DNA from: Perkinsus olseni
Lineage: Eukaryota
Length of the DNA: 33,593 bases
Reading direction: 5' to 3'
Assembly (NCBI GenBank): GCA_013115125.1
Contig: JABANN010000386.1
Coordinates: 1-33,593, forward strand
Shown in pieces: positions 11,501 to 21,638 of the stretch. The notes beneath the pieces are model-generated. The model searched no databases, was not told where the DNA came from, and saw only the letters and a list, made by a program, of their open reading frames with translations. Within the stretch, counting starts at the first letter, position 1; each line of letters opens with the position of its first letter. The position numbers and the translations under genes were made by a program.

Positions 11501-14500
11501 ATATACTCGCTACATGATATGCCTACTTTCTGAGACTTTCAGGCCAGATTCTATTGACGATAATTTTCGTGAATATAAAAACTCATGATCGGTCTACACT
11601 GTGTCGGAGTGTGAGAGAAATGGGGCTCACGCTTATTGTGGTCTGCAAGTAAAGCCAACCGCAGTGATTCAAGCATCGTCGTTTACGGTCGGTTCTTATA
11701 GGGAAGCCGTGTGTCTCGCCGTCTGAGGGTGATGGTGTTCTGTACTCAGAACAGTTTGGTGACGAAACGCATCTCTTACCTTCCCTTAACGGCCATCACC
11801 CCACAGATGGGCAAGGATGGGAAGGTTATTAACATACACTGCGTCTTCGTCAGGAATACTCAGGTCGGTCCGCGGGGGAAGGCTTCTTCCATAACCTCTG
11901 GCGTGGCGTGCGCGACTGTCTGCCCCGAGAAGCATAGTTACTTCAACTTCGAGAACGTGTATCGCCACGTCAAGGAAAAGAAGGAAAATTCACTTTCGTT
12001 CAGTTTTGGCAGCTCACGTACTAATTTTCTCTTCAAAACTCGCCAAAGTGCACGAATAAACAACGGATCCGTTTTCGAGCCTTTAGACAGCGCGCACTGT
12101 AGAAAGTTGAGAGAATGAAAATATCCGAGGTTTCGGAAAGTCCAAAGTTTCCTCGGGATTCTATTAGCCTCTGCTCGCGATGAGTCCGTCGGCCCCACGT
12201 AGCGTTCGGTGGCAGATGTACGCGTCTCGACCAACAGGAGGAGGGCCTAGTTATAGTAGACAGCACGGCCCCAGCTACGTCGCTCTGACGGTGGCGGTTG
12301 TGGACGGCGGATGGAAGTGGTTACCGGTGGCCTCCTGGGCAAGGGAGGACACCAATGATGCTCCGGGTGGGCCCCGCTGGCTTCGGTTGTATCACGGGAT
12401 CTCAGTGACTTGAAGAATTTTAGAGAGTTCGACGCTCGGAGTTCGATAGTGAGCTAAGCGTTTTGTACGAATCGCGTTAACCATGCCAAGCTAAGCGCAC
12501 TTTGGCATAATTCTTACTAATGATCAAAATGAAGTAATTTTGATTAATTAAGTTTGTTATTTTAACGAGTATTTCATGAAAGGGTTTCCCAGAGTTTATG
12601 TAGAGAGACGTTATCAGAGATATGTAGCTGCCAACGTGTTTGTGATGGCCGTCGACACTCAGTGGACGTCATGGAGGGCTCGCATTGCCTCTTGCCATTA
12701 TCGTGAGACGAGTATAGAATGTTGTGGTATGAATAATACCCTATTATTCTCAGAACGCCTCTTCACGATGCAAATAGAGCTGCACACTAACCAGGTGACG
12801 AGTCTCCCCTGGCTGACGACGGGCGACGTCTTGAGGATACACAGGACTAAAGTCATCCGCTACGACAGTGTGAAAAATACCACTAGGCTAGCTCACAATG
12901 GGAGAGAGAAGACGAGCGTTACTATAGTGGGTCGAAAAAGGCGGAGCGAAGTTTCTTTTACATTTTTTGAAAGGTACCGATATCTGAACACAACACGCAT
13001 CGAGATTATCAGCCGGGCACTCCTTACAACGTCCGGGGGTATCCTGTAGGGCCGAATACGGGAGAAGTTTATGAAGAGACGAAGTGAGTTGGGGAAGGGG
13101 TGGTATGGGCCGTGGAAATTCTCCGGTCACGGAGCGGGGAAGGAGTGGTTTTCAAGCTACGCCCACATTCCCATTTTTTGTGACCGCCCGTTCGATAAAC
13201 CAACTTTTTGGAATAGATTTTTACACCTATGATGCGCTTCCAGAATCGATTCTGGGTTTCAGAATTGGTTCATTGAACACCACCCGAATCATTCGCCTTC
13301 GGACTGAGGGCTCGTGGGTTCGAGATCTGATGATTACCGTTTGTCTCAGGAAACTGCACATCTTCGCTGCAGAAGCGTTAAAGAGGCAATCGTTGAAGGT
13401 GAGCAGGGCCTCCGTCGACCCCAGTCTTGCCAGTTCTGTTGCGCCAAGGTTCCTGAGGATAGCTCAACCGTCATCGGTCGTGTGTCCCATATTGAGAGGT
13501 CCAGCGATCGCTTCCATGTGAGCACAGTAACGGATGATGATGACAATCCTCTACTGCGAGAGGGTGAGAGCGGAGCGAAGCCGTTCACTCCGATTTTGTT
13601 GTGGCGGGGTATCGTCGAGGATGGACTAGTTAGAATGTCATCGTTGGCTGAGGCGTTCATTCCGAAGGGGCTAGTATTTCGGATGTCACGGGTACGAATC
13701 CACTGTGCTGATGGCCTCCTGTTGATGCTGTGACGTTCTGCTGACTATGCGAGTATCGCATAGAAGACGGTTGGGCAGCCACGCCGCAGTGTAACCATCA
13801 CCGCGGGCGGGGATGCCTTCGTACTCGCGAGCCGGAATGAGCTTTTCAACAGGCACTGCCTGTTGAAAAGCTCATTCCGCCTCGAGACTGCCTGTCAGGC
13901 AGTCTCGTTCGCCTTGCCATTTTACACAAACCCCTCCAGTTTACCTCGTGCTGAAACGTTTCTGATCAGTTACCGTTCTGGTGCGAAGTCCAGCGCAAGC
14001 TATGGGAAAGGCTTTTGTGAGTTTCGTTGGAGCTCGGTCGCTATAGTGGTGTGTTATGCAGCTTTATACAAGCGGATGCCGCGGATCGAACCTGCGTCCT
14101 GGGGATTTACAGCATAGGTCTTTGCTTCGCTCAGCTATTCCACCATTTGCGGTCTGGTGATTGGGTTATGGTTGAGGAGATGGAGATCCACAGTGAGAAG
14201 TGGGGATCGTACATCGCGATGGTCGGTCGGATCACCCGCCTGCCGGAGTGGAGCTACGACGTACAGCACACCATATCCCTTATGAAGAAAGCAGAGACCG
14301 ATAAAGAGGCCGAGCAATTAGAGGAACTGGTGAGTTCAAGTCACATACCAACTTTTCCGCAAACCGTGTGGCAGGTGGAGCCGCCAGCTCGAAGTGACGC
14401 CGAGAATGAGCCACCTCCGCAGAGCTTCGCTGATGACTATGCCTGGACGCAAGAGCTTGACCGCCTACCGGTAGGAAGAGCAGAGCTCGACAAGGCGATT

Positions 14501-14637
14501 GAGCAGGGAGGACTGACTGGTAGGGTCGCCCTGAGCTCAGGGTCCAGCTGATGTAGTTGGCCTCAGGTCCTGTGCTAACACAGTCCAAGGATGGTACGGT
14601 CGAGGTCGATGACGTATTTGATTTCATAGAAGAATGA
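8519..14637 (+). CDS. Multi-exon OB-fold protein, POT1/TEBP-alpha-like (could be two adjacent genes; ends approximate)
   Basis: SYLPLTAITPQMGKDGKVINIHCVF (~11770), LVIVDST (~12250) and LPWLTTGDVLRIHRTKV (~12805) follow the POT1 OB1 pattern (YxPL..VNVYGVV..IVD..LP...GD++R+HR+K+). QLFHHLRSGDWVMVE (~14130) resembles the ciliate TEBP-alpha OB2 motif as I remember it. An upstream OB-like segment LTVKDSEKRRVDIVLIQPWMSRLNFVQPGYR|IIFKSL is joined across a GT-AG intron at ~9079-9587. Confidence 0.6.
8773..8841. repeat. Intronic palindrome, 34-bp arms with a 1-nt loop
   Basis: TGACTCGAGTAATAGTAGCATCTTAATATTAGCA-T-TGCTAATACTGAGATGCTAACATTACTCAAGTCA, 29/34 complementary. Partial extra copies of the arm lie on both sides. 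Confidence 0.85.
10969..11164. mobile_element. GTAC-rich hAT-type MITE, copy 2
   Basis: Imperfect 19-bp TIRs TAGATCTGGGCAACCGTAC / GTACTGTCGCTCACCTCTA. Perfect 8-bp target-site duplication CTTCAACT (10961-10968 and 11165-11172). Dense subterminal (C/G)GTAC repeats. Confidence 0.92.
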
Positions 14638-15081
14638 TGTGCTTGCAAATTAAATAAAGATGCTTGGCTTGTCTAGCGAACCCTCGAGGTCTGACGGATT
14701 CATCGTCGATAGAGTTTCGTCATGACAAGTGTTCTGTTCGGGTTGATAGTACAACCAGTGAGATGAGATGTCTCAACAAGATTCGTAAGTCGATTGGATG
14801 AGCGATGGACCCAGTACCTGTTGCGCGGCTCCTGCATGTCAGTTCTCCACTGTTCTGCTGCAGTCAGAGAATTGCTTCGCTGGCGGAAACGCCAACTTGG
14901 TGTTTCCGCCAACACTTCCGAGAAAGGCCCGGAGAGAGGCTCGGTTTCAGATCATGTTAACCTCGCACAAAAGGCTGTCGTGTTTCATTCACGCCCGGTT
15001 TGCCTCGCAAGACGCAGCTGATGGGGTGTATTGGTGAGCCTCGAGAAGGCAACTCAACACCGAACCTCATGGGACAACTGA

Positions 15082-16436
15082 TCATGCCTTGCGCAGCATC
15101 ATCTCCACCAGTTGGCAGTACTCTAGCTGTCCGTCCGACGTCACCTCCGCTCCGGCCAAGAGGTCATCGAACTCCTTCTCGCTGTATCTGAGCCGAGGCT
15201 GTTAAACCCTGCGATAATCAGGCATTCAGTAGAGAAATACTCAGACTGAGTCCACCTAGTACTAAGTGTGACAGGGGCCCTGTCGTCGTCGTCGACAGGG
15301 AGAGGGGTCTGGGGAGCTAATCTTGTTTCAAAGCCCTTCCCGGGAAAAGCGGCTCGGCGACAACCGCTCAGCGGTTTTGCGCTCCCCGCGTCTCATGAGG
15401 GTTGTCGTCATCATCCTTTGCCCATTCATTCCGTATTTTCTACTAATGCCGTTGAGAGGAGAGGTGTCCAAGGCAGTCAAAAGCATTCTGCTGCTTCCTC
15501 GAAAAGTTCACTGAGATCCTAGTCTGTTGAGTTCTCAGGACTGAGCACTGCTCAGTGAGCAGTCAGAATTGCAAACTTACGGATTATCGCCGGAAGAACA
15601 GAGTTTGTCTCGGAGCTCTTGAACGGATAGGAAACCGTTGCCGTCTCGGTCGAAGAGCTGAGGGAAGTGATGATCACCAGATGGTAGTGTCTCCCAAGCT
15701 CACTTGGAAGGCCCGTAAAAGACTCTCTCGTAGCTCCACCGAGTTCTCTCGCCTGCTCATCACCTACACCGTTACACATTGCACGGACCAACACTGCATG
15801 TAAAACGCTACAGAGAGTCCCTGAGCGCATCTAGGTCGGGACTGGCGTTGGACTAACACTGTGTTCTTCGCGAGTTCAATCGATGGGTCCCTCCAGGGGC
15901 TCAGTCGGGGCTCTCACCTCGAGAAACTCGTCCACTGTGATGCCCTTTCTGTTGGACAGGTCGTAATCTTCGAGAATTTTGATCAGCTCATCATCAGTCG
16001 GTGAGTGACCCAGAGAGCGCATGAGCACACCGATCTCGTACGGAGTGATCACACCTGTTTCGGAGGCAGCGGTCTGACTTAGCGATCCTCTATTTTAGTC
16101 GTACCTCGCCCTCCTCTGCCAACAAGGCTGAACGCCTTGCGGTATTCTTCTATGAGTTCTGGGGCCAAATTGATGGTTGCTGTGTGTTTCTTCATAAAAG
16201 CTGAATTCTGCTGAATTAACCTCGCCGAGTTCGACCGAGATAATGAAGATACCCTTCCTTGTTTTGAAGAGGCTTCTCAACGAGCGGCCACCGGTAAACC
16301 TCGAAGGGGAGTTCAATAGACTGTTGTTGACTCTCCTGAACTGCAGGAGTGCTCCCAGGGGTTGAGTTTAACGCGGGAAGGCGGATCACGGAAGCGCTCT
16401 TTTCGGAGAGGAAACGGAATTATACCCGTCTGACAT
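15082..16436 (-). CDS. Calmodulin-like EF-hand protein (calmodulin/myosin-light-chain family)
   Basis: Phase-consistent GT-AG exons 16179-16105, 16054-15918, 15763-15704, 15657-15581 and 15187-15082 translate to TINLAPELIEEYRKAFSLVGRGGRGVITPYEIGVLMRSLGHSPTDDELIKILEDYDLSNRKGITVDEFLEVMSRRENSVELRESLLRAFQLFDRDGNGFLSVQELRDKLCSSGDNPYSEKEFDDLLAGAEVTSDGQLEYCQLVEMMLRKA*. The start ATG at 16436 is tentative. Confidence 0.9.
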
Positions 16437-16923
16437 GGTAGATTATCCGACCCACAAGCGAAACGTTGATCGATCTTGACCAGCCAAACAAACAGCCCCT
16501 CAAACACAGGCCAATCAATTTAGGTAGTATAAAAGACTTAGCATCAACTTAGTTATCGACCTTAGCCAGGCCAATGTATGCTTGCCTTCTACGGGAGCGC
16601 TCTTGAAACTCAAAAGCCTCTTGAACACCCGGCGAGTTTCGAGTCCATTGGCCGAATAATGGCCACACGAAGAGACGTTACCCGCACGTTACAAGTTTCG
16701 TAAGCAGCCTGCGGCTCTCGACTCGAGCTACTGGAGGAGCTTGTTTAGCGCAAGGGCACTAGATGTTAAGCCAAACACAGCTGCATCATCACAGAGTCCT
16801 CGTCATATTTTTGGGCGCGCGCTTTTTGCACTTGGATAGCAGAGATCGATCGGGTGATCGATAAGGTGGTGTGATTCTTGCCCTTGGCCTTCCTCAGACC
16901 TTTAGCCTGGTTGTCTAATCATC

Positions 16924-17644
16924 ATGGGTCGCCGCCCAGCTCGTTGTTATCGCTATTGCAAGAACAAGCCCTACCCCAAGAGCAGATTCTGCAGGGGTGT
17001 CCCCGATCCTAAAATCAGGATCTACGATGTCGGTTTCAAGGAGGCCGGTGTCGAGGAGTTTCCTGCCGCTGTCCACATGGTCTCTGACGAGTACGAGCAG
17101 GTTTCCTCTGAGGCTTTGGAGGCTGCCCGTGTCGCCGCTAACCGTTACATGCTCCGCTGGGCTGGTAAGGAAGGGTTCCACATGAGGATCCGTGTCCATC
17201 CTTATCACGTCCTTCGTATCAACAAGATGCTTTCGTGCGCTGGTGCCGATAGGTAATACGGAAGGGCCGTTGTTCTCACTTGGCGTTTGCGTTCGATGCT
17301 GTTCTGATGATCATTTTGTGTTTTTTCTCAGGCTCCAGACCGGTATGCGTGGTGCTTACGGCAAGCCCAACGGTACCTGCGCCCGCGTTAACATCGGCCA
17401 GGTGCTCATCTCCATCCGTACCAGGTTGGACAAGGAGCAGATCGCCGTTGAGGCCTTGAGGCGTGCTAAGTTCAAGATCCCCGGTCGCCAGAAGATCCAT
17501 GTCTCTCACAACTGGGGCTTCACTCGCTTCACTAAGGACGAGTACCAGAAGTACAAGGCCATGGGTCGTCTGATTCCCATGGGCTCTCACGTCCAGTGGC
17601 TCTCTTCCAAGGGCTCTTTGGACCGTTTCATCGGTGCGCAGTAG
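16924..17644 (+). CDS. RPL10: 60S ribosomal protein L10 (uL16), two exons, 213 aa
   Basis: Exon 16924-17252 reads [35 protein letters not shown]...LSCAGADR. A 79-nt GT-AG intron spans 17253-17331. Exon 17332-17644 reads [23 protein letters not shown]...[13 protein letters not shown]. Strong C/T third-position bias. Confidence 0.99.
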
Positions 17645-17779
17645 AAGTATTGGTGGTTTAACAAAAGGTTCCCTAATACTTGCAGAATCATCATCGGCTT
17701 TTGTTGGGAGGGCTGAACCATTGAAATGGCTTCTGGGCTCAATCATGTTCGTGTGGAGTTTCTCAGTGTTGGGGGCAAA

Positions 17780-19185
17780 GTGTGTTGAGAGAGGAATCTT
17801 CGCCGTCTGAGCTTGACCTTCATGGTAATGCTGGTGTTGATCATTCTTACGAGTTCGAGTACTCGCCAAGGTGGCCCCTTACTCCTCGTCCTACCTTGGT
17901 AATGGGAACGGTCAAGTGTGTCTCTGGCCACCTGTACTGTGTGAGCATCATTCTCTTGGCTACTCTGTGATCCTGCGTGGCGTCCCGGACCGTCGTGCAT
18001 AAAGTATCGCACTCGTCCCCTCCAAGGAGTTCGGGAGCTGTGGCAAATATTTGTAATTTGCGAGCTAGTTTCTCTCCTTTTTTTGGAGAGAGACCTTCGG
18101 GTTGCTCGCACTGATGTTCGACATGAGGCATCCGGAGGTTACCTGTTACCTAACTAGACAATTCTCGCCATGCTTCGGTGGCCGTACCGACAAACAGTTC
18201 AAGCTCGGGTTGAATATCATGGTGTTAATACGCCGACCGCGCGAGTAAAGATCAGCTTCATTATCGTTCTGCCTTATCATTTCTGCCTTCGACTGTTCAC
18301 GCAACTTTGATAGGCAAGAGGTATAACGTTCGGCTCCCTGATGCTCCATCAATTCGCCATGACTGGCGATTTCTTGTTGTGAACTTGGAGTAGAACACGA
18401 GTGAAGAACAAGAGAAGCTTCCGTTAGATTTCCGTGAATTTTTCTCGAGACTACGAAACTTGAGGCTGTCAAGGGGAGAGGGTCACCGTGGGAATATGCA
18501 CTGTCTTGGCAAGGCACATCATCAATCCAATAGTTTCCGTGAGCGCGAGATGGCCCAAGGCGCTCGCTTATCTCTCTTCTAGAAGGACCACACGGCCAAC
18601 TCAGCTGCGCTCAGATCCACACATGGTTGAACGGTATAGACTGGGAGACGCGAGTCCATCATTTGAAAGTTCTTCGATTTAGCCATAAGGATATCGTGCG
18701 CCTTAACGAACTCCCTGCGTGGAATCACTATGCATCGGTCCCGCAAAGGCGTTGCAATAAACGGTATCTTTCGCCGACCCTGGCGCGATTCATGTGAAGT
18801 CGAGCTCCGAGCCAACCTGACTCCCGTGATTGGTAGAATATGCAATGAAGCTTACCATCGGCTTTGAGAGAGGTATGGAATTTTCCCTCGGGATTCGGGT
18901 CACCGGCCTCCAAGCCTTGGCGAATCTTCAGGAGCGCGAACGAGTTGTTGTTAATTTCGAGGAGCGGCAGATGGTGGACTCCCTGGCCGCCACGAGCGTC
19001 ATCAACAGACTGATCATCAGAGTACTCAATGATGAGGACAGCACGCTACCGGCAGAGACTTGTACTTCAACTTGGCTGCCGGTGAGGACTATGGCCTACG
19101 ACAACAGTAGCTGCGACTAGCATGGTCACGACATGTCGTTGATGGATACTTTTCCGGTGGCTTCGAGGTTTTGCGTTGTTAAGTA
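17780..19185 (+). pseudogene. Degenerate inverted partial copy of the 3' region of the LRRC9-like gene
   Basis: QALANLQERERVVVNFEERQMVDSLAATSVINRL (~18910-19012) aligns with QALPNLRALDRVVINIGERQKADSLAVTRVMNRL on the minus strand at 21975-21854. 18962-18996 matches the reverse complement of 21871-21905 at 30/35 nt. 19028-19125 resembles 21792-21697. Upstream LRR-like fragments (ELDLHGN, CELGVEHE*, HLKVLRFSHKDI) contain stops and frame changes. The 5' limit is uncertain. Confidence 0.65.
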
Positions 19186-19479
19186 CAAAACTGATAACTT
19201 ATCAGTGATAAGTTAACCACCCGGCAAGGAGCCCAAAGACCAGCCACACTGATGAGAGTCTAGCTAACTCACATACACAACCCAGTTATTATTGCGTTTA
19301 GGTGACGATTCTCACTTTTGTTCGGCTGATCCTTTTGCGTTCCCGCAAGGGGGTGCGCTGAAGCTAAGCTCAATCGTCGATAATGTGAGAACAGTAGAGC
19401 AAGGATTGCTTTTCAGATGACAAAGCCAGGCTTTTGTGTTCTTAGTCAGTCTCTTAAGACGAATATATGAGCGCATTAG

Positions 19480-20716
19480 TGTGTATATGTAACCACCGTG
19501 TATGGTGACACATATGAGCACACCCGGGTGTATGTGTCACCAGTGGTGTTTCACCACTGTGCATGGTGACAGCCTGTCACTGACAGGTATGATCACAACA
19601 TACCTGTCTGTGTAACCACTGTGTATGGTGACACATATGAGTACTCCCGGGTGTATGTGTAACCACTGTGTATGGTGACTCATATGAGCACACCCGGGTG
19701 TATGTGTCACCAGTGGTGTTTCACCACTGTGTATGGTAACACGTATGAGCACACCAGGGTGTATGTGTAACCACTGTGTATGGTGACACGTATGATCACA
19801 CCATACCTGTCTGTGTAACCACTGTGTATGGTGACACGTATGAGCACAGCAGGGTGTACGTGTAACCACTGTGTATGGTGACACATATGAGCACACCCGG
19901 GTGTATGTGTAACCTCTGTGTATGGTGACAGGTATGATCACACCATACCTGTCTGTGCAACCACTGAGTTTGGTGACACGTATGAGCACAGCAGGGTGTA
20001 TGTGTAACCACTGTGTGTGGTGACACGTATGAGCGCACAGAGTGCATGTCTAACCACTGTGTAACTTATGGTGACACGTATGAGCGCACCAGAGCGTATG
20101 TGTAACCACTGTGTAACTTATGGTGACACGCTTGAGCTCACCAGAGCGTATGTGTAACCACTGTGTAACTTATGGTGACACGTATGAGCGCACCAGAGCG
20201 TATGTGTAACCGCTGTGTAACACATGGTGACACGTATGGGCACACCAAAGCGTATGGGTAACCACTGCGTAACTAATGGTGACACGTATGAGCGCACCAG
20301 AGCGTATGTGTAGCCGCTGTGTAACTTATGGTGACACGTATGAGCACACCAGAGCGTATGTGTAACCACTGCGTAACTTATGGTGACACGTATGAGCGCA
20401 CTAGAGCGTATGTGTAGCCACTGTGTAACTTATGGTGACACGTATGAGCGCACCAGAGCGTATGTGTAACCACTGCGTAACTTATGGTGACACGTATGAG
20501 CGCACCAGAGCGTATGTGTAACCACTGTGTAACTTATGGTGACACGTATGAGCGCACCATGCGTATGTGTAGCCGCTGCGTAACTTATGGTGACACGTAT
20601 GAGCGCACCAGAGCGTATGTGTAGCTACTGTGTAACTTATGGTGATACGTATGAGCGCACCAGAGCGTATGTGTAACCACTGTGTAACTTATGGTGACAC
20701 GTATGAGCACGCCATA
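19480..20716. repeat. Bipartite minisatellite, ~24 units (about 11 of 47-48 bp including 61-62-bp variants, then about 13 of 52 bp)
   Basis: Core TATGGTGACACGTATGAGC recurs at 19501, 19562, 19624, 19671, 19732, 19779, 19827, 19874, 19921, 19969 and 20016, then every 51-52 bp from 20067 to 20690. Degenerate units lie at 20840-20935. Confidence 0.97.
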
Positions 20717-21638
20717 CCTTGTAACGCTCCGTCTATGTTTATGCGTGCCGGATAGTCTGGGCAATAGCTCTTTCACAAGATCCATCTCACAAGCTCCCTC
20801 TGGCCTTGTGCTCAACGTACGAGTAAGAAGAATACAACATACCCGTCTGTGTAACCACTGAGTAGAGTGACACTTGTAAGCTCTATGTACGGTTAGTCAC
20901 CATTGGTGACACGTATGATCTCACGAGGGTGTATGTTTATATTCCGACAAACTTAGTTTCTCGGTGTAAAACGCGCGCGATCTCGCCTCGCCTCGCACGT
21001 ACGTGCGTACTATGGGTCACGTGGTGACACGTGACCGAACTAAGCCGAGAGCCTTCTGGATCCGCAAGATTCGCGCCATCTGCCTTCCGCCATCTGCCTT
21101 ATCTGCCTTCCGTGAACCTTGTCATGGGCTCCGACGCCATCTGAGATGGGAAGGCTCGGCGCGATCTATCTCTGCATTGCTCTTCACTGGTCCAGTATAT
21201 CAGGTACGCGTATAACTATCATCAGTGATACAGATACGAGATTACGACGGTGGGGCTGAACGGCTGATGATAGCAGGTAGGTCGGGCGCCCCGACCCACA
21301 GCCCGACTCGTGGGCCGGGCCCGACTCGGGCCCGTGGTGGCGTGGCCTCACCGCTAAGTTTCTAGCTTTATCGTCTTCGCCACAGCCAAAGGTTTGACTC
21401 GCCCCATTGTGAATAAGCTGCGGGCTTTCCTGACTGGGAGCGCTGATCCGAGCAGCCTGCTTGCGTCGTAGAGGATCACATCATCTTCTCAATCCTCGCC
21501 AAACTGTCACTGAGATCTGGGCGCATCCCGGATCGATTTCCCTGCGGATGTACCAGAAATCACCTAGCTTGCAAAGCGTGAGTCGCGCTGCGTGACATAA
21601 TTCAACGAACATTAATTTTCTGCTTGCCTCCCTTCTCC

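Noticed and set aside
17743..18913. Independent minus-strand multi-exon gene
   Set aside because: No recognisable domain or consistent splice phases; the plus strand shows homology to the LRR gene instead. Not fully excluded.
19480..20716. CRISPR array
   Set aside because: Units are similar along their whole length with no unique spacers, there are no cas genes, and the context is eukaryotic.
19312..20815. Repetitive His/Thr/Cys-rich minus-strand ORFs
   Set aside because: They are translations of a repeat whose 47- and 52-bp units are not multiples of three, so the frames cycle.
21216..21273. C/D-box snoRNA (terminal stem with CTGA)
   Set aside because: Too short, and it lacks a proper RTGATGA box C at the 5' end.
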